A program made the position numbers and the translations under genes. From Callorhinchus milii (Eukaryota): a stretch of DNA of 64,000 nt. Positions 12,612 to 24,248 of the stretch are shown here, in pieces. The stretch spans positions 115,198,001-115,262,000 of the forward strand of contig NW_024704743.1 of NCBI RefSeq assembly GCF_018977255.1, read 5' to 3'. Position 1 is the stretch's first letter; each line of letters begins with the position of its first letter. The notes under the pieces are model-generated. The model did not search any database and had not been told where the DNA came from. It saw nothing but the letters and a program-made list of their open reading frames with translations.

Positions 12612-13123
12612 GTAAGCCAAAACCTGCTGCTCTGCACAGGGTCAGAACATGGCACAGATAATGAAAGGGGGAAGGTAGGAGGAGGCACTTGACATAGGGG
12701 TTCGACTTCCTTTTCAGTGCGACGGCTCTCAATGGTGTGTGATGGGCAGAATCTGAACCTCTGTCGCCAATAATAGTGTGTCGTTGCGCCAGGCTGTGTG
12801 TTAGCACAATGCACCATCATTAACACAGTGGTCTGATGTTGTCTGTCTGTGTTGGGGATATCTATGGTTCTCTCCTAGGTCCTGTTCTCCAGTCGCTAAA
12901 AAAAGATAGGTTTCCCCGGGGAAGGCGCAAAAACAAGCAGCGCATTTACTTTCATTGGATGTGGGCAGCCCTGGGTTTGAAAGACCAGGGGGTTTGAAGG
13001 AGAAGGGAAGGAAAGAAAAAGAAAACGTTGAAAAAAGCAAACAGGATTGAACACTGGAGCCCGGTGTTTGGTGAGCAGCGACCACTGTGTGTAGTTGATT
13101 GTGACTGTCATCTCTTGGCTCAG

Positions 13124-13252
13124 GCCGGGGAAAACCCACTGCACATCGCGGTGAGGTACTGCCATGTGAACCTAGCGGAAGAGATCCTCAACTACCTGGC
13201 CAGCAAGAGGAGCCACAGCGATGCTGTGGCATGCGTCAATCAGGAAAACAAG
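13124..13252 (+). CDS. trpn1: trpn1 exon w10 (AGENPLHIAVRYCH...NQENK)
   Basis: ggctcag / AAG|gtgagg, 129 bp. Confidence 0.92.
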
Positions 13253-13267
13253 GTGAGGGAAGAGCAC

Positions 13268-13790
13268 CAGGGGTCAGATTGGCACAGTCGGTAACACTCT
13301 CGACTCTGGTTCAAGTCCCACATCGGGACTTTGAGCTTGCAGTCTAGGCTGACACTCCAGTGCCATGCTAGGATGTGCTGCATTGTTGGAAGTGCCATCC
13401 TTTGGACGAGATATTAAATCGAGGCCTCGCCTGACTATTCAGGTGGGCATTAAAGATCTCTTACCACTGTTCAGAAACAGAGGGGAGTTACGTAGCATTT
13501 TATAGCATCTGATGCCAAATTATTGAATTCAGTCTCGACTTTAAAGTTGGTTTTCTATGAGTTCTTAATAAAAGCTGATGGAAAATTGTCTTTAAAATGA
13601 AGTTTGGAATTAAGAAACAGCCAAATTCTGCACGCTCTAAAATGACCCAAAACTAGAGTACATTTCTGGCGCACAAACTGAGTGCCACGTTTCGCCCACA
13701 AAATACACAGTTAGTATATCCTGTGAAGCGCTTTGAGACATCTCAACAATGTGACGAGGCACGATGTCAAATGCAAGGATTATTATTATT
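13268..13790 (+). mobile_element. Deu-domain SINE (SacSINE1/AmnSINE-like), interrupted
   Basis: tRNA-like head, gagatattaaatcgaggcc...caggtgggcattaaagatc core, L2-type tail; family name from memory of consensus. Confidence 0.65.
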
Positions 13791-14042
13791 AAACCCAGAC
13801 CCGGGATCAAACTCCGGGGTGAGTTTTGCCAAATGGTTCAGGAACGCACAGCCAGGAATAAAACACGGAGGGCGCGAGGGAGGGAGGGAAAGAAATCAGA
13901 AGCAATTGCAAATGTGAGCAGCAACGGTAATCAGGAAATTAAGATTTAATGAGGGCGTGGGGGGGGAAAGAGTGGAAACATTTTGACCTTAGCTCCTGTT
14001 TTAACCCCACCCCCGCCCCGTCTTTTCCTCTGCTTGTCACAG

Positions 14043-14171
14043 GAAGGAGAAACAACCCTGCACCTGGCAGCACAGATCAGGAAGGACATGACTCACTCGG
14101 ACCAGGAGGATACCCAGATAGTCCGAATCCTCATGGAGTTTGGGGCAGACATAACGGCAGCCACAAACCTG
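14043..14171 (+). CDS. trpn1: trpn1 exon w11 (EGETTLHLAAQI...AATNL)
   Basis: tgtcacag / CTG|gttagc, 129 bp. Confidence 0.9.
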
Positions 14172-15076
14172 GTTAGCAGGAGGAGACAGGGAAATAGGGC
14201 AAGGAGGAGGCCATTTAGCCCACTCAACAATTATCGGTGTTGGTTCCCTCCCCGGCCGACCTCTACAATCTCCTGTATCCCATCTTCCTGGACCTTTGAC
14301 AAACACTCAACTGGCAGCTTCATGCCCCTTGCCTGATACGCCTCTCCATCAGTGGGCGAGCTTTCAGCCATTCTACCCCAGCTCTCCGATACTCCATCCT
14401 GGAGTCCCTTCTACCTCACCCCTCCCTCTCTCCCTCCCTCTCTCTCCCTCCCTCCCTTCAAAATCTGCCTTCAGACCGATCTCTTTGACCGTGCTTTCAC
14501 CCACCTTCCTCCCCTCCCCACTTCCATTCACTTCAATTTCCAGTGATTATGTTTTGTAAAGCGCTTCAGGAGGTTTATTTTACTTACAAGGCGCAACATC
14601 TTTCCAAATCCCCAACAGCTCCAGCACAGCACTGGGGGGGAGCCTCTGCTACGTTGTTGGAGATGCATCCTTTGCATAAGGTGTTGAGCCAACATCATGT
14701 CTGCTTATTCTTCAGGTGAACGTTAAAGATCCAGTGTCACTGTTTGAAAAAGGGAAGGGAGGTTTGAAAAGGGAAGGGAGACCTGCTGTCAGCCAACAAT
14801 CTCCCAATCACTTCAGAGTTTTGCTGTGCCCAAAGTTGCTGTCGAGTTTGCTTAGAACAACAGTCACTACACTTGAAGACTAATTGCTATAAAGTTCTTT
14901 GAGATGGTTTGACATGTTCAATCGCTGCAAAAACGCAAGTTCGTTCTCCAGACACACAATTACTTACACGCAAAGCATTTTGAGATGTTATAACCGTATA
15001 GGCGTTGTGTTAATTGTAAGGATTATAATTATTACCCTTTATGGTATGAAAAGTGTTTCTCGTTGGGAATCTCCAG

Positions 15077-15193
15077 ATACACGAGACTCCGCTGCATTAC
15101 TGCGCCCGAGTGGGCAACGCAGACGTGCTGCTCGAGATCCTGAAACACATCAGCTCAAACAGGATCCAGCGAGTCATCAATAAACAGGCCAAG
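15077..15193 (+). CDS. trpn1: trpn1 exon w12 (IHETPLHYCARVGN...NKQAK)
   Basis: atctccag / AAG|gtaact, 117 bp. Confidence 0.92.
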
Positions 15194-16049
15194 GTAACTC
15201 TCACCACCTCCAGCCAATCCACCCCTGATCCGTATAGTAACCACAGATTAGCTCTCAATCTAGGATGATAAATACCAAGATTGTCTGTCTCTTAGACAGA
15301 TACCTTTGGGCAGATGTGTGACCGATGTCAACTCAGACATTGCATATAATAGTTATATCCACATCCCGCATGCGTCGAGAACATTTTGAAGACCCGGGCC
15401 CTCCCCGGACAGGAACACGTTAAATTTACCGTATTTTTCGACGTTGACATAGATTTCTGTGTGCTTACATCGACAATGTTTTTCAAGTCCCCAATAGCAT
15501 TAAAGTACATTGCATTCTTACCACTTATGTCGATAGACTCTTAGCCTCACATGTGATACTTGAGCCAGTGAGTGAATGATTGATTGGATGTCTGTGTCTC
15601 GTGTGAGTTAGTGAAAAATCTGCCTGGGTCATTTTGGTCGTGCTGCCGCCTGAGGGTCGTAAAGTTGTGAGGGTTCAAGCCCCACATTAGGACTTGGACC
15701 TTATAGTCTGGGCTGATATTCCAGTGGCGCCATCCTTCAGATGAGACATTAAACTGAAGTCCTGTCTGCTTGTTCACTTGGACGTTAAAGATCCCAGTAC
15801 AACATTGTAAAAGAAAAGGGAGTTTCTCTTGGTGACCTGATCAACAATCTCCCAATCACTCCAAGCTGGTCATTCACTTTGTGGCTGTTTGTGGGACTTC
15901 GCTGCATGCAGATTGGCAACATTGCATTTAGCATTCCGCACAGGGCTCCAAGACATGTGAATGCTGTAGGCGCTGTATCTGATTTGAAACGTCTCTTTCT
16001 AATCTGTATCAGATTAGAAACATGTCCTGCATCTTTTGTTTGATTTCAG

Positions 16050-16148
16050 AACGGTTGCTCACCACTGCTGGTTGCTGCTGAAAGGGGACACACGGAGATC
16101 GTGAAGATCCTGTTACTGCACCACTCTAGAGTGGACGTCTTTGACGAG
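16050..16148 (+). CDS. trpn1: trpn1 exon w13 (NGCSPLLVAAERGH...RVDVFDE)
   Basis: gatttcag / GAG|gtaata, 99 bp; RVDVFD motif. Confidence 0.94.
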
Positions 16149-16157
16149 GTAATAGTT

Positions 16158-18232
16158 GCACAACAACAACAACAAGATTCCATTTATAAAGCGCCTTTCA
16201 CGTCAGGAGGACGTCCCAAGGCGCTGCACAGTTGGGTCATGACCCGAGCAGGGGGGAAATGGTCAGGGTGAGGGGAGGGAAGGGAGGGAGCGAGGAGGGG
16301 GGAAATGGTCAGGGTGAGGGGAGGGAAGGGAGGGAGCGAGGAGGGGAAGAGAGTCGAGAGGGGAGCTGAAGGCACGGTCAAAGAGAAAGGTTTTGAGACC
16401 GGCCTTGAAGGAGGAAAGGGAGGAAGCAAGGCGAAGGCACTGGGGGATGGAGTTCCAGAGCCTGGGGCTGAGAGGCTGAAGGCCCGACCACCGATGGTAG
16501 GGCGGTTGGGGCGGGGGACGTGGAGCAGACCGGAGCCAGAGGAACGGAGGGTACGGGCAGGTAGGTAGGGGGATAGTAGGTTGGAGAGGTAGGAGGGAGC
16601 AAGGCCGTGAATGGCCTTGTAGGTGAGGATGAGGATCTTGAAATCAATCCTCTGGGGGATGGGGAGCCAGTGGAGGCGAGCGAGGGTGGGAGTGATGTGG
16701 TCCCGAAGCCTGGTGCGGGACAGTACACGAGCTGCAGAGTTCTGAATGACCTGCAGCTTGTGGAGGGAGGTGGCGGGAAGGCCGGCGAGGAGAGAGTTCC
16801 CATAGTCCAGCCTTGAGGTGACAAAGGCGTGAACCAGGGTTTCAGCAGCGTGAGGGGTGAGGTAGTGCCGTAGTCTGGCGATGTTCCGGAGGTGATGGAA
16901 GGCGGTGCCAGTTGTGGTGCGGATGTGAGGGAGAAAGGACAGCTCAGGGTCGAACAAAACGCCGAGGTTCCTGACTGGCTTTGAGAGGTGGAGAGTGCAG
17001 CCTTGGATGCTGATGGTGTCAGCGCCTGAGGTGCGGAGGCGCTGACGTGAGCCAATCAGGAGGGCCTCGGTTTTTCGCACGTTGAGCTGAAGAAAGTTGT
17101 CTCTCGTCCAGGACTCGATGTCGGACAGGCAGGCTGTCAGGACATCGGTGGTCGTGGAGTTGAGAGTAGAGGAGGAAAGGTAGAGTTGGGTGTCATCCGC
17201 ATACATGTGGAAGTTAACCCCATGTTTGCGGATGATGTCACCAAGGGGGAGCATATAGAGGGTGAAGAGGAGGGGACCGAGGACAGAGCCCTGAGGGACA
17301 CCACATGAGACAGTACGGGGGGTGGAGGAGAAGCCATTCGTCGAGACAAAGTGAAGACGGTGAGAAAGGTACGACCTAAACCATTCAAGGACAGTGCCTT
17401 GAAGGTTGAGGTGGGAGGACAAGCGGTGGAGTAGGATAGCGTGGTCGACCGTATCGAATGCTGCCGATAGGTCGAGGAGGACGAGGAGACAGAGGGAGCC
17501 CTGGTCACAGATGGTCAGGATATCATTGGTGACCTTGACCAGGGCAGTTTCTGTGCTATGGGCAGCACGGAAACCTGACTGAAGGGGTTCGAAAAGAGAA
17601 TGGGTGGAAAGGAAAGAGCGCAGTTGGGAGGCGACAACTCTTTCCAAGACCTTGGAGAGAAAGGGGAGGTTGGAGATGGGCCGGTAGCTTGATAGCTGCG
17701 ACGCATCAAGGGAGGGTTTTTTCAGGGTGGGCGTGATGATGGCAGTTTTTAATGGAATGGGGACAGAGCCAGAGGAGAGGGACAGGTTGATGATGTCAGT
17801 GATATGTGGGGCAAGAAAGTGGAGCTGGGAGATAAGGAGTGGAGTGGGGATGGGGTCAAGGGAGCAGGTGGTTGGTTTTAGGGATAGGATGAGTTCAGTG
17901 ACAGAGGGTGGGGAAACGGGTACGAAAGTGTGTAGGGGAGGATGGGTAGGAGTCGGAGTGTGGGAGGGAAGGGGTGGGTGGTGGGTGGAAGTTGGAGGGG
18001 AAGTGACCGCGGAGCGGATTCCCTTGATCTTGGATTCAAGGAAATCCAGCATCTCCTCGCAGTGAAGGTTGGAGGAGATGACCTGCGCGGGGTGGCGGGG
18101 GGGACGGAGGAGTCGGGTTGTGGTGGAAAACAGTAGCCTGGGGTTGTTCTTCGCCTCCAGGATTATCCTGGAGTAGAAGGACGACTTGGCCGAGGCTAGA
18201 GTGGAGCGGTAAATTTTGAGGAGGTCCAGCCA
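16158..18232 (-). mobile_element. young 5'-truncated L2 LINE with open RT domain (ORF 16184..18370)
   Basis: [54 protein letters not shown] without stops; one 1-nt frameshift in a C run near the C-terminus; (GTT)n tail ~10 nt from the exon w13 donor. Confidence 0.95.
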
Positions 18233-18379
18233 AGGAGGGGGGAGGGGTTGCGAAGGGTTAACTAGCGGCCTGCCATGGGGCATGTCACCATTTCCAAGGA
18301 CAGCATTTTGTTCCCCTCCAGAGAGAGCAAAGTTTCTAGTCAACCCAGGCAGCAGGACAAGAATGCACAAGTTTAAGTT

Positions 18380-18580
18380 ATAATAATCACCGTAAAGTGA
18401 ATTGACTATTTTTTATGGAGGTATTATTACCCCCAGAAAGCGATCCGCCAATTGGCTAACAACCAAGTTTGCACTTACAGCTAGGTAAACAAAGGTGTGT
18501 GGAGTGAGGAAACTTGCCTAACATTTTGCCCTGCTTGAGAATCAAACCTTTTCGCTTACGAGATGAGTGCTCTAACCAAT
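18380..18580 (-). mobile_element. tRNA-derived SINE (long subtype), deleted
   Basis: gtgtggagtgaggaaacttgcc and gagtgctctaacca motifs. Confidence 0.7.
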
Positions 18581-18639
18581 ACGCTGCAAAATTCCTCTTT
18601 TACGTTGTGTTCCCACCTCCCTCCCTCCCTCCCCCACAG

Positions 18640-18840
18640 CACGGCAAAGCTGGCCTTCACCTGGCTGCGGAGAATGGGCACGATCATATCTCTGACATCC
18701 TCCTCTGGCACAAGGCCTTTGTCAACGCCAAAACCAAGCTGGGCCTGACCCCGCTTCACCTGGGGGCACAGAAGGGTTACAACAGACTGGTCAAGCTTCT
18801 GGTGGACACCCACGGGGCCAGCATTGACGCGCTCTCTCTG
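18640..18840 (+). CDS. trpn1: trpn1 exon w14, two ankyrins (HGKAGLHLAAENGH...IDALSL)
   Basis: ccccacag / CTG|gtaagt, 201 bp. Confidence 0.94.
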
Positions 18841-19403
18841 GTAAGTGGGTGGCCCTTCGCTTCCGTTGGTTGATTGTGGGAGAACTTAAACGTCACCAAG
18901 TCCCAGCCATGTGTAAGACCATTTTATCTCAACATTTTAAAGCCGGACAGAATTGCAGTTAAGCCCTTAAATTTAGGCTTAGTTTGGAAGCCAGTGTCTG
19001 ACCTCAGAATTACGATGTTCGCCAACAAGATACGCAGTGACTGCACTTTATGGTGTATCCTGTGAAGCACTTTCACATTCTCCCGATGCAGGGGGAGTTC
19101 CAGAGGTTAGGGGGCTTCAGGAACTGATCATGGTCACATCATTAACGTCCGTCTGAACAGGCTGCTGGGACCTCAGTTTAATGCCTTATAGGCAGTCCCT
19201 GCTGGAGCACACTGGGAATCCCAGCTAGAGATGCACTTTACTCCACCTTCTAGCTGTTTTTGCCGATACACAAGTGGCAATACAGGTGCCACAATCCTCA
19301 GCCTATACCTGGTACAAACAGTAGGAGATGTTTTCATGAGACCGGTGATTGAGATGATCAATGATTGAGATGATCAGTGATTGAGACTCTTTATTGTGTC
19401 CAG

Positions 19404-19502
19404 TCGAAGCAGACTCCCCTGCACCTGGCGGCGGTGAATGGACAGCTGAACGTCTGCAGTAGTTTACTGAATATGAAGGCCAACGTGAACGCCACTGATA
19501 TT
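19404..19502 (+). CDS. trpn1: trpn1 exon w15 (SKQTPLHLAAVNGQ...NATDI)
   Basis: gtgtccag / ATT|gtgagt, 99 bp. Confidence 0.93.
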
Positions 19503-20033
19503 GTGAGTGACGTCAACCCAAGCTGCCCCCCACCCCCACTTCCGCACAGGAGACCAGGTATAGCCACGTCACTCCCTGAAACAAAGGGCCATGGGGGGCG
19601 GGAATGTGAAGGGAATGGGGGATATTCACGGCAGCGACTTGGGCAAAGAGGTAAAGGTTCTTTGTGGTCAATAACGGAATTGACAGCAACCCAAGGGTGA
19701 AGTGTCCTTTATTTCCTCTCCCACACACCCCCTCCACCGCCCGCGCTCTCTCAGCCGACCAAGTGACAGGACGGGGGTGGTGGGGGGTGCGTGGCAGGGG
19801 GAAGAAGCTGAGGAGAAAATGGCAGAAAGGGGCAGCAGTGATATTCCTCATACCTCGCCAGTGGAGATTTTGTTTGAGGTCAGCGAGGGAGTGTGTCTGA
19901 TACATGCAACAACAACAACAACTTGCGTTTAGATAGCGCCCTTCACTCAGAGTAGCGTCCCAGAGTGCCTGAAACCCAACACCGGGCTTCATTATCCAAA
20001 TTTCTTTTGTGACGTTGGGAATGTGGGAGCGAG

Positions 20034-20387
20034 GTACAATTTTCCTTCCTGGCTTGTGTGTATCTTTCTCTCTCTTTGTTTCTATCGTTTTCACTTTCTT
20101 TTCCTCTGTTTCTCTCACATTTCCATTTTCTGCCTCTTTCTCACTCTCTTTCTCTTTCCCACTTTTTCCCCTTTTTCTCTTTCTACTCTTTCTCGCTCTA
20201 TCTTTTTCCCTCTTTTCCTATCTTTTTTTCTTTTCCTCTTCTTTCTTCTCTGACACACACTTTCTCTCTCCCTCTCTCTTTCTCGCTTGCTCTTTCTCTT
20301 TTTTTTCTTTCCTCTCTTTCGGTCTCTCTCTTTTTTCCCCATCTTTTTCTCTTCTCTTCTTTCGCTGACTCTTTCTCTCTCTTCCCC
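20034..20387 (+). repeat. CT-rich low-complexity tract, 354 nt with no AG
   Basis: Direct reading: pyrimidine tract ending at the exon w16 acceptor. Confidence 0.9.
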
Positions 20388-20389
20388 AG

Positions 20390-20596
20390 CACGGACAGAC
20401 GCCCCTCCACCTGGCCACTGAAAACGATCATTCCGAGGTGGTCAAACTCTTCCTCAAGCACAAACCGGAGCTGGTGACGTCGGCTAACGTGGAGGGCTCC
20501 ACCTGCGCTCACATCGCGGCTTCCAAGGGCAGTGTGGCTGCCATAAAGGAGCTGCTGAAATTCAGTAGAGCAAGTGTCACCTCAGCCCGAAATAAG
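20390..20596 (+). CDS. trpn1: trpn1 exon w16, two ankyrins (HGQTPLHLATEND...SARNK)
   Basis: cttccccag / AAG|gtgaga, 207 bp. Confidence 0.94.
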
Positions 20597-20869
20597 GTGA
20601 GACTCTGAGTGGGTGCGGGAGAGGGAGGTGGGACATGAGAGTGTTTCCAGTGGTAGCTCAGACACCTGTATCTGGGCACTATAATAACGATAATGATAAT
20701 AATCCTTGCATTTGATATAGCGCCTTATCATGTCTTCGAGACATCTCAAAGTACCATCACACCAAGCTATCCCTGAGTATGCTCATAGTTGAGGGCTGAC
20801 TCCAGTACATTTCTGTGTCTGTTTCTCTATCCCAGGTTTTGCCTTGTGTTTCTGAATTGTGGCAGGAAT

Positions 20870-21149
20870 CCTTAGGCAAGTTTCCTTACTCCACACGCTA
20901 CATAGGAGTAAGTAGGAAAAAATTGCTTGTTAGCCAATTGACAGATCGTTGTCCAACGAATAAATAATAATTTGGTCACTCAATCCACGACCGTTTGTGG
21001 GACACTGCTGTGCGCAATTGGTTGCTGCGTTTCGCCGATAAAAATATACAGTCAATTTACTTTACAGTATATTCTGTGAAGGGCTTTGAGAACGTCTTAA
21101 CAAAGTGATAAAGCGCGATATCAAATGCAAGGATTATTATTATTATTAT
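20870..21149 (+). mobile_element. tRNA-derived SINE, headless
   Basis: ggcaagtttccttactccacac...caaggattattattatt. Confidence 0.8.
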
Positions 21150-21167
21150 GGCCTGTTCAATTTTCAG

Positions 21168-21269
21168 ACAAATACCTCCACCGCGCTGCACCTGGCTGCC
21201 ACTGGCGGTCATGCAGAGGTGGTGAAGGTTCTGCTGGAAGCGGGAGCATCTGCCACCGACGAGAATGCG
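21168..21269 (+). CDS. trpn1: trpn1 exon w17 (TNTSTALHLAATGGH...DENA)
   Basis: ttttcag / GCG|gtacgt, 102 bp. Confidence 0.92.
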
Positions 21270-21846
21270 GTACGTACCGACTGGGCACAGTCCAACTCTA
21301 ACTCGTTTTAAGTCCTGCCTGTCTCACCAACTCCCTCCCGACGGCATTAAAAGTCAGGCTTTGTGAGTCTTAAGAGAAAAGGCTCAGGTATTGTAACTCA
21401 CTTATTGCGGTTCCTAACGGGTATTGATGTACTGAATCCTCTATTTGTTTTTAGTTGACACATGCGGACACCCATTACTGTGTTTAAGAGTATCCAGTCT
21501 TGAGAGTTCCACATACGTAAACCACCTAGTCATGGAAACTTCTGTGTGTCCAAAATGGAATATGCATTCTCTCTCTCTCTGGAGGGATGAACACTAAAAT
21601 AATTCCGGAGAATTCTCAGGCACAGGTTAATGAGAGCCTAGGCTTGAGGATTGGGATAACTGCTCCAGTTCAACCAGCTCAAACTGTATAGCTTGCCATT
21701 AAGAGCAAGCTTCCCAATACCCGTCTAGCCAGGATGACCCAGGGTTAGCAGGAGGTGCACCTGAGCTCTGTGACTGTATGTATTTAAAGATATTTCTTGT
21801 TGATGAATTTAATTGTTTGATTTCCCCTCTTCTCTTTTTGTTCCAG

Positions 21847-21945
21847 GAGGGAATGAATGCAATTCACTTAGCTGCTAAGAATGGACACATTAATGTCTTG
21901 GAAGCATTGAAAGGCACCATATCCTTTAAACTCACCAGCGCAAAG
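21847..21945 (+). CDS. trpn1: trpn1 exon w18 (EGMNAIHLAAKNGH...TSAK)
   Basis: gttccag / AAG|gttaga, 99 bp. Confidence 0.92.
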
Positions 21946-22177
21946 GTTAGACACATGGACTGATTGATTGTCTCATGTTTGCACGTCCTATAATAACTCA
22001 ACTTTTAATTTATTTTAATCCTTTGCGTAAATCTATTTGATCCACTGAGCTTAAATTTAGCAGTAAAATTTGGGAGATTTCATAATTAACGCCGGCGTTA
22101 ATTATCACTGTGCTTTGCGATGTTTAGTGTGAAACTAAATCACAAGATTCACAGTAAAAGTAATGCCATTCATACAC

Positions 22178-22194
22178 GGCCACTAGGTGGCAGC
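22178..22194 (+). promoter_or_regulatory. CTCF-like motif (forward)
   Basis: GGCCACTAGGTGGCAGC fits CCASYAGRKGGCRS. Confidence 0.5.
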
Positions 22195-22499
22195 CACTTC
22201 CCAGGGTTCTGGATCCCAACTTTAATAACAACAATCCTTGCATTTGATGTAGCGCCTTATCATGTCTTTGAGACGTCTCAAAGCGCTTCACACAATATGC
22301 TGTAAAGTGAATTAATTGTATAATTTACAGGCGAAATAAGTAACTTTCTCACTTTCTCATCTTCATTTTTATTGTAGAGCGAGGGAGCGTGAAAGCCATG
22401 TAGTCGGACCCAGTTTATGTGTTGATTTGGTCCATACAATCAGACCTCCCCCCCCCCAACCCCAAAGTTGCAACAGGCCAGGCTATAAAATGGTCAACG

Positions 22500-22935
22500 T
22501 CTCTGCATCGGCAGGTCACCGGTAATATCACAGAACTGTATGTGTCCAGGAAGCCGGAAATATCTCTCAAGTATTACGAGCAGATGCAGGAGGACGACTG
22601 CATCTGCACACTGTGCACCAGAAGCTGGAAATGCGCCTCACATTGGCTATATTGCAGGGCCCATGGTACAACAATGCTGTAAATAGACCCGCACTAGTAT
22701 ACACCGAAGAGCAGTACAATGTGGTTCGACTGTACTTTCAGATAAGCTAAGGCAGCAGGACTGGACAGCACAGGTTCAGGGGTATGAAGGGCAATTTCAG
22801 GACGGACACCAGGAAGTATATCTGGGCACAAAGGGTAATTAATGACTGGAATGGGGCTACCGGGAAATATGGTTGAGTTCAGAACACTGGGACTCATTTA
22901 AGAAACAGCTCAATGCTGTAATGGGAGGAGAGTAG
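22500..22935 (+). mobile_element. degraded CR1 ORF2 3' fragment
   Basis: Similar to CR1 C-terminal coding region (ttcaggacggacaccaggaagtat...gactggaatgggctac). Confidence 0.55.
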
Positions 22936-23049
22936 AGTGGATACGAATAATAACAATCCTTGCATTTATATTATCATATCACGTTTCACCCACAAAACAC
23001 ACAGTCACTACACTCTACAACATATTGTGTGAAACGCTTCGAGGCATCT

Positions 23050-23422
23050 CAATGATGTGATAAGCAATATGAAATGCAAGGATTTTTAAAAGTAATTTTC
23101 CTAAAGCTCTTCATAGGATTACGGTAGAGTATAATGACTGTGTATTTGGTGGTTAATTGGGCAGCCAATTTATGCACAGCAATGTCCCAAAAAACAGTAA
23201 TGACCAATTTTATCTGGGAGATCTTTATCGTCCACCTGAACAGATAGATGAGACCTTGGTTTAATGTCTCTCTGAAGGATGGCACCTCTAGCAATGCAGT
23301 GCACCCCCAGCACTGCACTGGAATGTCAGCCCAGATTGTGAGCACAAAATCCAGCCATGGGACTTAAATCCATAAGCTTCTAACAGAGACGAGAGTGCTA
23401 CCGACTGCGCCAGGCTGACACC
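23050..23422 (-). mobile_element. Deu-domain SINE
   Basis: Reverse-strand tRNA-like head, Deu core and gctgtgcataaattggctgc motif. Confidence 0.65.
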
Positions 23423-23597
23423 TTAGGTTGAAATGCAATCGGCCAAAGGGATTTCTTCATCCACACCTCACTTGTGATCTTGTCGGGAAATGATGTGTTT
23501 TGTTTCAAGGTTTTGTTTCCTTCTCACTTTTCTCTGTAATCCCTTCCCTCCTCTTCTTTCTCCTCCCCCTCCCCCCCCCCCCCATTCTTTCCCAAAG

Positions 23598-23732
23598 ACT
23601 GGACTTACAGCCCTGCACGTGGCTGCCCTCTTTGGGCAGATGGACTTTGTGAGAGAGATTCTCACCAAGGTGCCAGCTACGATGAAGAGCGAGACCCCCA
23701 AAACCACCAACGAAGCTCATCTGTTGAGCGAG
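23598..23732 (+). CDS. trpn1: trpn1 exon w19 (TGLTALHVAALFGQ...VPATMKSETP...LLSE)
   Basis: poly-C tract + cccaaag acceptor / GAG|gtaaga, 135 bp. Confidence 0.9.
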
Positions 23733-24248
23733 GTAAGAGGGGGAGGCGGGGGAGGGCAATTACTGCACTAACATTGCGAGCAGGCCTGAGCAATGGAACA
23801 AGCTGCTCTTCCCACCATTTATTTGGAGCTTTTGTTAGTCCCCCCCACCCCATATTATATTACAAATTATTTTTGCCCTAGTGAGTTTGGGGAGGAATTT
23901 GCAAGGTTAAAAACAAATTCCTATGAGTCTGTCTGTGTTTGTTGGAAGGGGGTGGCGGCGGGGGGTGGCCTCCAAGTGGAGCATGTGTGTAGCTCCATGT
24001 GTGTAGCTGTGTATTGTGGGTGAAGAGGATGGAATTCTCCTAATAATGAATTGATGGACATCCAGACCTTTTCAACAAATGAAAGTGCCCAGTAAACAGG
24101 TTCATCCAATCCATTGGTCCCATCATCTCCTCACTGGTCTCCGCTGGGTATCTGCTGAGTAAATAGTACCTGAGGGGACATGAATGGAAACTAGTGAATA
24201 GATATTATTAATGATAATCTATTTTGGTCCTAGACTTAATCCTTAATC

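Noticed and set aside
16184..18370. 728-aa ORF as a host gene
   Set aside because: It is L2 ORF2 reverse transcriptase; the first ~45 codons are flanking DNA and the end is frameshifted
20009..20512. Phe/Ser/Leu-rich and Lys/Arg/Glu-rich ORFs
   Set aside because: Translations of the CT low-complexity tract
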